A stretch of DNA of 64,000 bases from Eledone cirrhosa (lineage: Eukaryota), in contig OZ024741.1 in assembly GCA_964016885.1 (NCBI GenBank), forward strand, positions 208,134,001 through 208,198,000. The letters run 5' to 3'. This document shows, piece by piece, positions 11,767-27,217 of this stretch; position 1 is the first letter of the stretch, and each line of letters begins with the position of its first letter. The position numbers and the translations under genes are program-made. The notes under the pieces were generated by a model. It worked only from the letters and a program-made list of their open reading frames with translations. It had not been told where the DNA came from and did no database searches.

Positions 11767-12699
11767 TGCGTTATGTTAACCACGTAACCAATCTGAATTT
11801 ACATATTTCTGTAAACACTGATGACGCCAATTAATGAAGAATACTGTATGAGACATTTGCAATCTGGGGCTCTGTAATGTTTGTAACGGGGTTCCGCGAG
11901 CTGACTTCAAACTTTTAAAAGGCTGCATTGTAAATAAACAACTTATGGAATCTGTAACTGTTTACGATCTCTCTTTCTCTATCCTCCCCTCTCTCTCTCA
12001 CTCACTGTTTAAGGGTTAGTCCGCCTCGTAGTCCGTCCCGGCGAACATGATGGAGACGACATTGCCCCTGATGAGGGCGAGGGAAACGAACTAGAGCAGC
12101 AACTCCATCCCGATATCAGTGAGTAGGGGTGTGGTCCAGGAGTCAAGAACGCCGAAAGTCTTCACTGCTACAATCTATTATTACTCAGTATTAGATTGTA
12201 TATCAATATAAGATTAAAATAAATTTTCAGAATTTCGAAGCCATTTCTAAAACTACAAGAATATTCTAATTGTTTTTTAACGAATTTTTAACTGCTTAGC
12301 TTTCGTTTTAGGTATATTAAAATGACTGACGAAAAATGCCAAGTCAATGGAAGTAACTCTTTTTAGCTTATTTGTAAGTGAAGAAGTGAAAGGAAGTGAA
12401 AGGAAGGAAAAAACTGGCAATGAATTACGATGCGGCATATTGTGAGTATGATGTGTGTCATGTGTATGTTCAGCCAAAAATGTACTAATAACAGGATTGA
12501 TAACACTTGTAAACACGACATATATGGATAGAGTCTGTATATTTCAGTATTAATTGCTGTGAAAAAGTTCGTTATATACGTCACTACATACTCTTGTAGT
12601 CATTCTGGCCGCGTGTTAAGATTTAAATAATAGTTACGACTCATATGACAGTTCTGGCTTCAGTCAAAATGCAAAACCAGTAAATATTGTGAGGAATAC

Positions 12700-14722
12700 A
12701 ATATACAGATGACATGAAGTTTAACAGAAGCCTTAGTGGGTTTTCTATTATAAAACCTTGTCCAATGAATGTATGAAGCCAGACAAATATTAAAAAAATC
12801 TCGCCGACTTTTAAATGCGAAGCATAAAAACAAATAAAACCTGTTGAATATTTTCCAACAAGACAGCAAGAACTGCTTTCGTGATAAAATTCAACAATAA
12901 AAATAACCAGAGACTGATAATTAAAATGCTGTGTTTGCATCGTATGGTATTTCTTTTTTAAAAGCAAACAATGGAAAATTATTCAAGAGCGGAGTTATTA
13001 ATTTTACCTATTGCCAAAGCCAAGTGCCTCTAAAATGTTCGATACAAAGTATCAAACAAATCCTTTATCAAAGACCACTGTGAAATGATATGTAGAAGAT
13101 ATATCCGCCAATATCAAAATTTAGTTAGTGAAAAGAATGTTTTATTCTTTACAATTAGATGCCAGTAAGTTTATTCTTTACAATTAGATGACACTATAGA
13201 TGTATCTAGCTTTGTCGGTTTATTCAAATTCACACGGCATGAATTCGATGGTACAATTATTGAATATTTTCTATTTTGCGAATCGTTTCCAATTAATGGT
13301 CTTATTCAGTCTATTTTTAATACTTTGAATGTTTTTATAATTGAAAATGAATGTAAAGGTGATCTAAATGCGTAAGAGTCAATACTGATGGCTCTCCTGT
13401 AATGTTAGGAAAATAAAGAAGTATCCAAGCAAATATTTGAGATATATACCGACTCATTGCTTCATACATGGAGAACAAATGCCAGGAAAATTGAGAAGCG
13501 GTGAAAAGAGATAATTTACAAACTGTTCATCCTTTAAACTCCCGTATTTTTAGTGTTCTTCGTAAAGAGATGAACAATTACTCTTGTATTCTCATGTGCA
13601 TTGGGTGTTCCATTGTAAAGTATTTAACATTATATTTGAGTTGAGTGGTGAAATACAATTATTTCTTCATGATAAAACATTCTGTATGCGCGAGTGATTC
13701 GATAGAATTTAGCTATGGTGGCATATTTATATTACCTAACTTTGATAACGCAAGGGAGATCTGTAACTATTGTTACAATTGATAAGTGGGAGTCATGATC
13801 ATGAAATTAAATCTGTAATCAGAACGTCTGCAGAACTGTGTGCTTGAATCCTTTTCGACATTCTAGAACTTTGTTGCAGCGTTTCATGTTGGCATCTATG
13901 AAGAAATTCAAAACATCTTTTCATTCAGCATTTGCATTGTTTAAAGAAGAGTTGCGGTAGAGGGTTATTTTCCTCTCCCATACACTAATAACAGGTGGAT
14001 TACGGATCCATTTTATGTAGATGTTAAAATGATTAAATAATTAACTTTAAATGAAGAAAATAGTCTTGTTCAACCTTTGTGAGACACCAAACTTAGGACA
14101 AATTTCATTCAGTTTGACTTTGAATGTTGGTTACATGTGAAGAGTGAGTACCCAGATTTGGCATCGAAGATACTAAAATATTTAATGCCATTCCCAACTA
14201 CATAAGCAAAATTTCTAGTGACTATTTTATATAAAATCATAATACAAAAATAGGATAAATATGGAACCTGATTGTTACTTGAAAGTGTTTGCAATTGAAC
14301 CTGAAATTCACAACAGTATAAACAAAGTAGCATCCACCATCTCGTTAAACGTTTAGGGTTTGTTTCTAATACCGTTATCTATTTAACTACATATTCAGTT
14401 AACCAACCGGTAGGGGACTCAGGGATAGGACCTGAACAAGATGGTTGGATAGTATCCATGAGTTTGACTGCTCTCGCTTAGGGATTCAGCCAGAATCAAT
14501 TGGAGACGATTGCTTCTGACAAGATCCGCTGGAAGGCGTGCTTGAGAACTCTGCCCCCAGGACCATGCCAGGAATAAATTGGTGGAGAAGATGATACTGG
14601 GGAAATTATTTGTAATAAAATCAGCTTGTTAAATAGACAGGTCTTTTAAAAGCCTGGATGCCAGAAAAAATGTTCATTTAAATATAAGAGGGCCCTGGTA
14701 GCGAAAGGTTAAAGAAACACTG
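12700..14722 (+). mobile_element. Decayed Buster/Charlie-type hAT DNA transposon
   Basis: Remnant peptides LQLD, TDGSPVM, THCF, PLNSRIF, KSEYPDLASKILKYLMPFPTT. The 3' end AAAGGTTAAAGAAACACTG is followed by CTCTACAT, which fits the Buster nnnTAnnn target. The 5' TIR was not found. Confidence 0.8.
14405..14595 (+). mobile_element. RTE-clade LINE 3' fragment nested in the hAT
   Basis: GRGLRDRT*TRWLDSIHEFDCSRLGIQPE...ASDKIRWKACLRTLPPGP resembles RTE C-termini (G.R.RGRP.TRW.D.I). Confidence 0.65.
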
Positions 14723-15824
14723 CTCTACATAGTCACACTACCTGCTAGAAATTGTAGCAAACTCTCCCTCAAATCATACATCACGACATTTAAAAAGCAA
14801 CATATTGGATAAAGTAGTCTGGAATAGAAATTGTTATGGTTAGGATGTATTTGCTTTGGGATCCGCTCAGTAAGGATTGTATTTGGGCTACACAACATCA
14901 AAGACTGACGCACTGACAGCGAAAGTATTTAGATAGCCGATGTGCACTGTTAATTTATTAAATGCTGAAGCTGACAAAATGTTTGTCGATTCCTATATTC
15001 TCTCTCCATATATATGTCACACCCGACTATTTGTTGATAGTTAAAACATGAACGAGATTGCAGCCTATCACTTATTTTCAATGTATGAGTGGTACAATAA
15101 AATATATAATACTTTGTTTGATAATATAGCTAAATTTTATTTAGTACAGTTACACAGCGCAGTTTGTACTCATTAATTGTCATAAAATATAATTACAAGC
15201 CAGCAAATAAAGAAGACGGTAATCATGTATTTTATCAATTTAAATGCAATTTACTATTTTCTAAATTGTCAATGAAAATAATAATTTCCTCAAAAGGTCA
15301 GAACTAATTTGTGTTCATGAGGACTGAAGAAACTCTTCTGGTATTATCTGCAGATTTGTGGTATATCAGCCATTGTATGGAGTATGGCACAGGATCCCAC
15401 TGAACAAGAGAGATCTGTGTAGTTTAACAAACATACGTTCCCATATATGATTTATGAGAATTCTTGAACGCCTTGTTATAATCAAGTTCATGCGACTGAA
15501 TTCCCTTTTATGTTCAGTAATATTAATACAAATAAGTTATTTAACAGCTCAGTAATAGACGTAAATATTGAAGGGTGCAGCGTCCACTAATCCCCGTATA
15601 ATATTATTCTCAGTCAAATTCTGAACAAGCTGGCTACTGAACAAAGGCCATGATACTCCATATAGAACAAAATGATATATAGTACACTTTTTATTTCTTT
15701 CATGCGGTCGAATGTGGGGGTTGATTTGAGGAAAACTGAGATGCAATTTCTAGCAAATCCAGCAATCACATAGAACATTTTCGGGAACTTGGAAAATTTT
15801 TGGTTGACGTGACATGCGTGTACA

Positions 15825-15980
15825 GGCGGCGAATTGACAGAGTCGTTAAAAATCGGGTAAATTGCTTTGTAGTATTCATTTCAGCTCTCTGCACTCTGAG
15901 TTCAAATCCCACCGAGTTCAACTTTGCCTTTCATCCATTAATAGTCGATAAAAAAGTACCTGTCAAGTACTGGGGTCGAT
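15825..15980 (+). mobile_element. tRNA-derived SINE fragment
   Basis: GAGTTCAAATCCCACCGAGTTCAACTTTGCCTTTCATCC...GTCGATAAAAAAGTACC, homologous to 6668. Confidence 0.7.
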
Positions 15981-16379
15981 TCTTCCTCTACATCTCTTTC
16001 TATCCTTCTTTGGAAGAAATATTCTGTACTCAGGCCTGGAAAGGAGATGGGCTCCGCCAGGTTTTAGAAAGTGCCCTAGAAATGCCTTATATCAATATGG
16101 TGCCCCGACGACTCCTCGGTAGTTACGGGTCCAAACCAGAGAGACGTGCGGGTAAATTAACAAAGGTAAGAGAGTGATACGGTTTCGAATGCTGGTTGAA
16201 TCTATTTCAGTTTTCTTTCACTGCTGAAGTTCTTCCTCACTACAATGGTGTCATAATATCCGCTTTCTTCCACTCTTACGGTTAACTCTTCTTCTTCTCA
16301 TTTGTAACCTTTAAATGTCAGTGATATTTGGAGAATGCGCGGTTTTAATATATTTTTCAATGCTGATCTTTGGGAGTTG

Positions 16380-16427
<48 letters not shown>

Positions 16428-16514
16428 ATACATACATATATATATATATATGTGTGTGTATATAATACATATATATATATACATACATGTATTATATATA
16501 TATATATATATATG

Positions 16515-17032
16515 TAAGTATGTATGTATACGTACATACATATATGTATACAGACGTACAGTAGCATGCATATATATATATATATATATATACATATATA
16601 CATACAGGTACACATACATATATGCACGCATCAGTTTAGCGGACGCTTATTATAACGCCGCTTTGTTCGTTTGTAAACAAACTGAACAGTCTGAATTTAT
16701 GCCATACGGTGTTAAGGCAACCACGTCACCTTTTTGTTCAACACTGGCACAGGAACGATGTACTAGTTTCAAGCTTGTTAGCTATCATCAGCACCGTATA
16801 CCCATCTACCAGATAGTTGAACGTTCGAAAGTATATACTTTCCTTATGAAAATTAACGGCTGAGCAGCCTAATTTGCATATTGAGTGAGTTAAATCGGTC
16901 AGGCATACCGAAAACGATAAGTTGAAAAAAATGAAAACGAAATTTCATTTCTCACTCTTAGTATGGCACTTACTTAAATGTAAGTATGTATGTATACGTA
17001 CATACATATATGTATACAGACGTACAGTAGCA

Positions 17033-17098
<66 letters not shown>

Positions 17099-17220
17099 CA
17101 GGTACACATACATATATGCACGCATCAGCTTAGCGGACGCTTATTATAACGCCTTGTTATTTAAGTAAGTGCCATACTAAGAGTGAGAAATGAAATTTCG
17201 TTTTCATTTTTTTCAACTTA
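16515..17220. mobile_element. (TA)n-flanked terminally redundant non-coding element with inverted tail
   Basis: 16515-16660 is repeated at 16980-17152; 17161-17220 is the reverse complement of 16918-16978; second family member at 49372-49870. Confidence 0.75.
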
Positions 17221-17335
17221 TATATATATATATATATATATATATAGGAACAAGTAAGACCCCGACGTCTGAGCTCAAGCCGTTTCGACGGCTAATTCGT
17301 TATGGTCCACCTGGTTCCTTACCACATTTCCTTCG

Positions 17336-17390
<55 letters not shown>

Positions 17391-17494
17391 TTTTAATGCA
17401 ATGAAATATCTATGATCGTCGGCAAATCACTGATGAGGGACTCATTTTATTACATGTTATCCATGTGCTACCTGCAGTATTTTTCTCTATATTT

Positions 17495-17553
<59 letters not shown>

Positions 17554-18078
17554 TATATATATATATTTACACACACACACACACTCACGTACACACATAG
17601 ATAGTTTGTGAGAGAAGGAGGGGGCGGGGGAGAGGAAGCGGGAGAGAGAGGGAGGAGAGAGAGATTGAAATATAGAAAAATATTGAGTAGGTGCTCATTT
17701 GTCTGAGTGAGTTGGGTTGTGTAGCCTGAGTTAAGGAAATAGAAAACAATATTTTTAGAAATCTGCTCTGTGTGTGTGTGTGTATGTGTGTGTGCGTGTG
17801 TGTGTGTGTATGTGTGTGTGTGTATGTATGTGTGTGTGTGTGTGTGTGCGTGTGTGTGTGTGTGTGTGTGTGCGTGTGTTCCGGTGGTGGTTGTGGCGGA
17901 GTACTGGCTACCGGAAAGTAATGTAGGACTATTTGGGAGTGAATTCAGAGTACAAAGTAATTTAACATGGCTGATAGAACAGTATGGAGGGGGGGGGGAT
18001 AAAAGAAAGAGAGGAGGAAAGTAAGGAAGGAAGACAGAAAATAGAAATTAACAAAAAGAAGGGGCCGTACAAGCGACT

Positions 18079-18330
18079 GTGGTAATGATGGTGGAGGTGG
18101 TGGTGTTAGTGGTGGTGTTAGTGGTCGTAGTGGAGGTGGTGGTGTTAGTGGTTGTCGTGATGGTGGTAGTGGTAGTGATAGTAGTGGTAGTGGAGGTGGT
18201 GCTGTTAGTGGTAGTGATAATAGTGGTAGTGGTAGTGGTTGTAGTGGTTGTCGTGGTGGTGTTGGTAGTGGAGGTGGTAGTGGTTGTGGTGGTTGTGTTG
18301 GTAGTGGTGGTAGTGGTAGTAGTGGTGTAT
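18079..18330. repeat. (GTG/GTA)n low-complexity tract
   Basis: Degenerate trinucleotide repeat. Confidence 0.9.
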
Positions 18331-19301
18331 CGTCAGTCCTCCATTCACCTTCCAGCCGGCTCTCAGCCGAGAATAGAGTTAAAGTAACGAAGCTTCCACA
18401 GACAACACCTCACAGCGGGTGGTGAACCTCATAATATGTTACTGTCTCTTCAATTAATTGACATTAATGTTATTATTATTATTGTTATCTTTCTTGATAT
18501 TGTTCTTGTTAGCTCTTGTTGGGTGGTTGGGGTGATGGTGATGGTGATGGTGGTGGACAAGAGAAACGACACCGTCACCATTACAGTTAAGAAACGGGTA
18601 ACATTTGCTTTGTAAGACGTTCTTTCTTTCGCTCCATTAGTAAGGAGCGAACTCCAATATCTTACCTAAACCCTTCTTACCACTTTACCACCACCACAAC
18701 CACCGCAACCACCTGACGAAAGCCACCACCACCACCACCACCACTGCCACCACTACAACCACGCTTTCCTCCAACACAACCACTCATTCCACGCAGAAGC
18801 ACACATCCCCACCATCTGCAAGCTACTTTCCCATCTAACTGTCTGGGTGGTCATATTTCGCTCTGACGAACCAGGGTGGATGATGAGGAAAGAATGGAAG
18901 GAGAAGGAGCCTGTTAGCTTACTAATTAGTCTACCCATTTTTATTATGCCGTTTATCCATCTAATTGAAGGTTGGGGGTGGGGGTGTTGTTGTTGCTGCT
19001 GCTGTCATATTCGTTTTGCTACTATTGATCTGCTTGTTTCTTTATAATTGAAAACATCATATATATGTGTGTGTGTATGCGCGCGCGTGTGTGTGTGAAT
19101 CCCAGGTTCAATCGGAGGTAACCATAGTAAGTAAGGTACTCAATATATTAGTAGAGTGTAAAAAACAAATTTTATATAGAAATTGCTTCTACGGAACTAG
19201 AACTGTTTGATTCGAAGGAAATCACCAGGAAAGGCTTTCTTGATTAAATGTGTTGTGTGTGTATATAAATAGGAGGTCCGGGGAAATTCTTTTGTTTAAC
19301 C

Positions 19302-20100
19302 TGTTTAGCTTGCTTCGTTTTTATGGCTCCGGTGGCTGATAGCTTCTTGACCGCCGTTTTCAGTTTGTATGGCCTCTATAACGTATGTTAATTGCTCTGG
19401 TCTTATTTTAGTCAATTGAGCGCTTGCCGCATATCTCGAAAATTGCGTTTTTGACCACAGCCGAAATACGATCTCGCTGAAGTTATATTTGTATTAATCT
19501 CCCTGGCCTAGCAATTAATTAGTTAATTCTATTAGACAATTCTATTGACTAATTAATTGCTTAAGTTTATTTAAAAACAACCCGGTCGAGAGCTTAATTC
19601 GATTTGTACAGTTTTTTGCAATTCTTGCAATAATTTTACACATTCTGAATCCATCCGCCAAAACCGGGGTTACCACCCTTGCAGGGTAAACCCGTGGAGT
19701 AATCACTCCAACACTACTAATGCATAGGAACCCGCTCGCCGACTGAGAACAAAATACCTGTTGACGAAATGGTAGCCTTGTTTGATCGTTATACAAAAAG
19801 CTTACAATGAAAGCAGGCAGTATAATTGAATTAGGTCTCACAGAAACCTCCCACTGGGTAATACCATCAATTTCTATGAGGTTCAGGTACATTCTTTTGT
19901 TCAACATGTTTAGCTTGCTTCGTTTTTTGGGCTCCGGTGGCTGATAGCTTCATGACCGCCGTTTTCAGTTTGTATGACCTCTGTAACGTATGTTAATTGC
20001 TATGGTCTTATTTTAGTCCATTGAGCGCTTGCAGCTTATCTCGAAAATAGCGTTTTTTACCACAGCCGAAATACGATCTCGCTGAAATTATATTTGTATA
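19302..20100. repeat. ~195-bp direct duplication 605 bp apart in a microsatellite-flanked element
   Basis: 19302-19495 matches 19907-20100; decayed hammerhead-like CTGGTGA...AAAC...GTAGAAG on the minus strand at ~19185-19230. Confidence 0.75.
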
Positions 20101-20113
20101 TATATATAATGGT

Positions 20114-20198
<85 letters not shown>

Positions 20199-20958
20199 AG
20201 TGGAAGCTTAGTAAAATCGAAGCTTTGGCTATGGGCAAGCAAAGTCGACCTACAGTATGAATGAGTTAGCAAATCACTCAATAAGGGTAGATCCTAAGAG
20301 TAATAACATACGTTTAAATAGCTTGACAAATTGAACATTATACCTTTCATTTATATATTTACACTCGGATTTCTTTCCTAGAGTGCTGAAATTATTTGTG
20401 ACTAATCCCGGTATTTTTTAATAAAAAAACCGCGATAATATTGCTTTTTGCTGAACTCCTTATTGTAGAGGTTTTTTCGGAATGTTTTTGACTGTTGTTT
20501 CTTGTAAACAAACATTCGTCTCATTCTGACGTCACCAGCCCTGTCTTTCCACATGTGCGTTTTATTTTTCATAATCACGAGCCTGCTTTTAATTCCCTTT
20601 TTGGCATATTAATCAGTGAGAAATTTTGGTTATCGAGTTGAGCTCTGCTGAGGAGAGAATTCCAACCGTGACCATCTCCACTGAAAGTTTTCGTGAAATA
20701 CTCTTCAGAGCATTTGAAGTTTTTTCCAAATTGAAGGATGAGTATTTTAAACTTTATTTTATCATGAGTTATGGCTCTATTGATTTTTCCCTGAATTTCA
20801 ATAAATTCTGTTGGATGGATCTATATCCTGATTCTTTTTGAGTTGAGTTTGAATTATTTTTCCTACATCTTACGTTAACTATTTTTCCCATTTTGACGCT
20901 ATAGTCACTTATATATTATGGAATACTGTTGGCTTTTTGCTACAATATTTTCTATACT

Positions 20959-22620
<1,662 letters not shown>

Positions 22621-22634
22621 ATATATAAAATGGT

Positions 22635-22694
<60 letters not shown>

Positions 22695-22802
22695 ACCATT
22701 AACCAATATATACGATAATACATGCAACAGTTAAGTAAACAACACACACTCATATGTCTCCCTTTTTCTATTTTCTATTTTCTAATCTATGTACTTGTAC
22801 CC

Positions 22803-22835
22803 ACCTGACGAAAGACTAACACCCGATACGTTGAA
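22803..22835 (+). ncRNA. Mini-hammerhead variant (GATA instead of GAAA)
   Basis: CTGACGAAAGACTAACACCCGATACGTTGA. Confidence 0.45.
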
Positions 22836-22879
22836 CTTCTTTTCATTTTTCATCCAAAGTGTGAACCTAATAATGATTT

Positions 22880-23000
22880 CTGATTTAGGCACAAGGCCAA
22901 CAATTTTGGGGTAGGGGCAATATCTATTAAATTGACCCCAGTGTCGACTGGTACTTTATTTTATCGACCACGTATGGATGAATAGCAAAGCTAACCTTGT
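22880..23000 (-). mobile_element. SINE fragment
   Basis: GGCACAAGGCCAACAATTT...GGTACTTTATTTTATCGACC is the reverse complement of the 6668-family body and tail. Confidence 0.65.
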
Positions 23001-23275
23001 CTATGTATTTTTCTAAATAAACACACACAAACACATATACACTCACACAAATATTGGATATAAATATAATATAAATATAATATAAATATAATTTACACAA
23101 GCACACACAACCATAACAGCTAATGTGTGTAGCCAATTCGCTATACATATAGGTGTAGCGAATATTAGACGCTGTCACCTCTCCTTCCTCAGTCGACGTA
23201 ATCACCCTTCCTTCCTCTGTCATCTATACTGCGTTAGGAACAAATACACAAGGCTATTATATTAGTAGATATATT

Positions 23276-23328
<53 letters not shown>

Positions 23329-23486
23329 ACGCGTGTGAGTGTGTGTATATGTGTGTGTGTCTAAAATTAAGAATTTTTTTTTTAAAGGGATCAGGAATAA
23401 ACCACAATTAAATAAGACGAACGAAACAGTCTTAGTCCAGTAGGGTCTTATTAGTTCCACGCTTGTTGGAAAATGAAAATAAAAAT

Positions 23487-23518
23487 AACGTATCGAATGT
23501 CAGTCTTTCACCAGGAAC
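23487..23518 (-). ncRNA. Mini-hammerhead variant (GATA instead of GAAA)
   Basis: Minus strand CTGGTGAAAGACTGACATTCGATACGTTA. Confidence 0.4.
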
Positions 23519-23776
23519 AGAGCAAAGTTCCGAGAAAGATGGGACTAGAAGGTTTGGGAGATGGGGGGGGGGGTTAATAAGATAGATGAGGTGGACAGCA
23601 GACATGTAGCCTGGCGTGTGGGGCTGGGTGCCTAGGTAGTGAGTGCGGATTTATCATTGGTATTGTTTTGTACGTGCAGCAGGAGTGCATTTCAGGATTG
23701 TGCGTGTTTTTAATTTTCTTTTTTCTTTGTGTGTTATGTACGTGTGTGTGCATGCGTATTTGTTTATGTATTAGTG

Positions 23777-23834
<58 letters not shown>

Positions 23835-24355
23835 TATGTATGTATTGGTGAGGAGAGTGATTGGGGACACCCTGCGGGATGAAAAACAAAACCCGTCAAA
23901 GGGCAGAGGTACTCAACAGAGTCAATGGCCATCCAATAAAGTTGGGATTTTTATTTGTAGAGCGAGAGACTCCTAGTCTTTATTAAAGCATCACTCTAGG
24001 GGAAGGTAGCTCTGATACAAAACCCGCGACTTCGTTTGCATCCAATGATGTAGACCAGATCTTCTTTTGGGGAAAATGCAGCCGATATTCAGAGAGAGAG
24101 AGATTGGCCCCGTGCAAAGTCTTTCCTCATTTAAAAAATCTTCAAGCACAGGCATCGTTTGATATGTAACATTGTTTGCGATGCATAGTATTGCTGGCCA
24201 TAGGCAAGTCCCTTGACGGACTAAACGCCCACGTCTGTGATGCTCATGCTTAAGTATCAAGCGATGGCATTATTCGAAATCGAGTTGCAGCCGTCATGTA
24301 TATATGTATATATATATGCATGTATATATATGCATGTATATATATACACACACGC

Positions 24356-24449
<94 letters not shown>

Positions 24450-25132
24450 TAAATCATGTCTATAGAATCAATCAGATATTAAAATATATACTATTTCTTC
24501 TTCTAATTAGCATAATTAACCATATACATAATCAAATCTAGCAAGCTTTAAGAATAAATTTTCTTACGGGGAAATCTCTGACAAACAATTGATCGTAGCC
24601 TCTTCGCGGCAGCTCCGTTCCACTATTTATCAAACATTTCGGCAGCATGCAGAATCCGATCAAATATACCATCAACCGCACATAATTAGTAGTAAAATTA
24701 AACTTAGAAGAAATGCGCACATACCGTAATTATATCTCTACCATGGTTTCTTCCTTATTTAGGACATCCAAATAATATGGATTTGTCCTGAGTTAGAATT
24801 CATCAGGAGATAAACTCCGAATCAGACATTTAATTTCTCAAACCGACCGCGCCAAATTTAGATTCAAAAATGGCTAAGATCGCTATGTAGCTGTGTACCA
24901 GCCAGAGAGAAAGCGTGTGATTGGTTTCTTACGGCGGGTAGGCTTGCTGCTAGAAAGCGCAGCCATATATCGCCAAATTTAATCATCTCAACCAATAGGG
25001 AGATTATTAAATATAAAGGTTATCATATACATAAAATTAAATTAAAGATATATTGTTGCAACTGTTCACTTTTAAGCTCAATGAAGAATTAATAAGTTAA
25101 AATCAAAAAATCAGAGCATTATATCATAAATC

Positions 25133-25135
<3 letters not shown>
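24450..25135 (-). mobile_element. ~680-bp non-coding hammerhead-bearing element (retrozyme or non-autonomous PLE-like)
   Basis: (TA)n on both sides; begins and ends with TAAATCATG; diverged homologue at 50235-51420. Confidence 0.75.
24733..24812 (-). ncRNA. Type I hammerhead
   Basis: Minus strand TATCTC-CTGATGA-ATTCT...GGAA-GAAA-CCATGG-TA-GAGATA; perfect 6-bp stem I and palindromic ACCATGGT. Confidence 0.85.
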
Positions 25136-25199
<64 letters not shown>

Positions 25200-25202
<3 letters not shown>

Positions 25203-26298
25203 TCCTTTCCTATTTTTCCCCTTCTTCCTCTCTCCTCATCTTTTCCCCCCTGTTCTTCCTCCTTTCCCTCTCTTTCCTTTTCTCTCTCCTTTTTTTTCTC
25301 TCTTTCTCTCTCCTTTTCCACCTGGCCTTTTGATTAATAAAAGGCCTCGGGCGCACCCGAACTACACTGATGTCCTGTAATTCAGCGCCGAAACATCGGT
25401 TCGGGATACATTTACAGCTGACGATGGAAACTCCTTTCTTCCTTTCTCCTCCTGTTCCGTCCTAACCACCATCCTAAATCTTGTTTTTAGTAACCACACA
25501 GCTCCCTTCGTTTCATAACTTTTTGTAATTACCGCTGTGACCCTACCTGCTTTGGTCGATCTGTGTAACCTCCACACCTTCGCATCGACCCTCCCTTCTC
25601 TCTTCCCTTCTCCCCCTCACTCTCGTTTGTTTCTCTCTTCCTCTCTCCATATCTATCCGTTCGGCTTTTATTGTTGACATGTTTACACGCGCCGTGGTGG
25701 CCTCTCTGTCCGCAATTTTGCGGCTAGTTTTTACCCCCATCGTAAAAAAACCTTCTGGATTATCTCCCTTTCCCTTCTCCTCACTTTTGGTTGCCTGTGT
25801 CTCTCTCTCACTTTCTCCTGTCTATACGAGAGGCAGCACGATCATACCAGCTCTGAGTCGTAGCTGACCACCAGGCTAAAGTCTCCCAGGTTACTTTTTT
25901 GCATGTTTCTTTTTTGCATGTTTCTTTCACCTGTGTCTTCCCACGATGGGATCTGCACACTTTTTTCTTCTATTCCTTTCCTATTTTTCTCCTTCTTTCT
26001 CTCTCCTCATCTCCCCCCCCCCTGTTCTTCCTCCTTTCCCTCACTTTCCTTTTCTCTCTCCCTTTTTTTCTCTCTTTCTCTCTCCTTTTCCACATGGCCT
26101 TTTGATTAATAAAAGGTCTCGGGCGCACCCGAACTACACTGATGTCCTGTAATTCAGAGCCGAAACATCGGGGTTCGGGATACATTTACAGCTGACGATG
26201 GAAACTCCTTTCTTCCTTTCTCCTGTTCCGTCCTAACCACCATCCTAAACCTATTTTTTAGTAACCACACAGCTCCTTTCGTTTCATAACTTTTTGTA
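25200..26298 (+). repeat. ~330-bp direct terminal repeats 770 bp apart (pLTR-like) with a hammerhead-like variant
   Basis: 25200-25530 matches 25970-26298; both contain CCCGAAC..CTGATGTCCTG..CAG..CCGAAACATC..GTTCGGG. Confidence 0.75.
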
Positions 26299-26917
26299 TA
26301 TATATTATCATCTTATATTCTCTCAACTAATCACACTTGATCATATTTCTCTATCCCGTTTTCTCCCCCCATAATTATTATATTTTTATTATTATTTGAA
26401 AAAATCGGTTTTTTTACATTGTGTTTTCCCCTCCAAATATTCGCTTATATTTCTTTATATATTCTCTATATATTTTTTTATCTTTATTATTTCCACTTTT
26501 ATCCTCCTTTATATTTTACCTTATTCTTACTTTTATACCTTATTATAGTGTAATCTTCCCCATGCCTTATTATACACTATTAATTATAGATTATTATTAT
26601 TACTCTTTTTCCATTTCTAATTACCTCATGTACTTTCTCCTCCGCTATATATATATATATATTGTATGCCCTTTGTGTTTGTGTAGCCTCTGCGCACCCT
26701 CTGCACCATACTATCGACGCCACCCATCTATGGTTCAGCTAACCACCCGACTCCCGGGAATGAATATGACCGCAGCTAGTAAACAAGGACCCACACCCCA
26801 CCCTCCCGCACCAAAATTAGACTTATCGTCCCCTACTTTTGCTCTTTACTCTCTTTACTCTTTGTTCTTGAATGTTTGGTTGGTAGAGTCCATAAGACCA
26901 ATCAAACCCCTTTTATA

Positions 26918-26962
26918 GCTCTGACGAATCCTACGGTTACGTAAGGAAGAAACATTGTAAGC
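26918..26962 (+). ncRNA. Type I hammerhead
   Basis: GCT-CTGACGA-ATCCTACG gtta CGTAAGGAA-GAAA-CATTG-TA-AGC, then AATAAA and (TA)n. Confidence 0.8.
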
Positions 26963-27003
26963 CAATAAAAATCTTTTGATGTTTTAGACGCTCTTGTGTT
27001 CTT

Positions 27004-27045
<42 letters not shown>

Positions 27046-27083
27046 TATTAAAAACAAAGAACAAGTTCCTATATTTAAAAGTT

Positions 27084-27217
27084 CATCATTTTACGATCGT
27101 TTCTAGGATATAATTGTGTGTTGGTATGTATATCATATAGATATATGTAAAAATATTACAAACTATCAGAGGAAATATACATACCTTCACATATATATGC
27201 TGTCTTCAGAAATAATG
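27084..27217 (-). ncRNA. Type I hammerhead with ~100-nt stem II domain
   Basis: Minus strand CATTATTT-CTGAAGA-C...A-GAAA-CGATCG-TA-AAATGATG; 8-bp stem I and palindromic ACGATCGT. Confidence 0.7.

Noticed and set aside
12064-12097. CTGATGAGGGCGAGGGAAAC hammerhead-like string
   Set aside because: Stem II cannot pair and there is no stem III.
11775-12171. Possible solo LTR (TG...CTGCTACA with AATAAA)
   Set aside because: No target-site duplication or definable 5' boundary.
17430-17465. CTGATGAGGGA hammerhead core
   Set aside because: No correctly placed GAAA or stem I partner.
18460-18640. Minus-strand His/Asn-rich open stretch as a host exon
   Set aside because: Low complexity, bounded by stops, no convincing splice context or homology.
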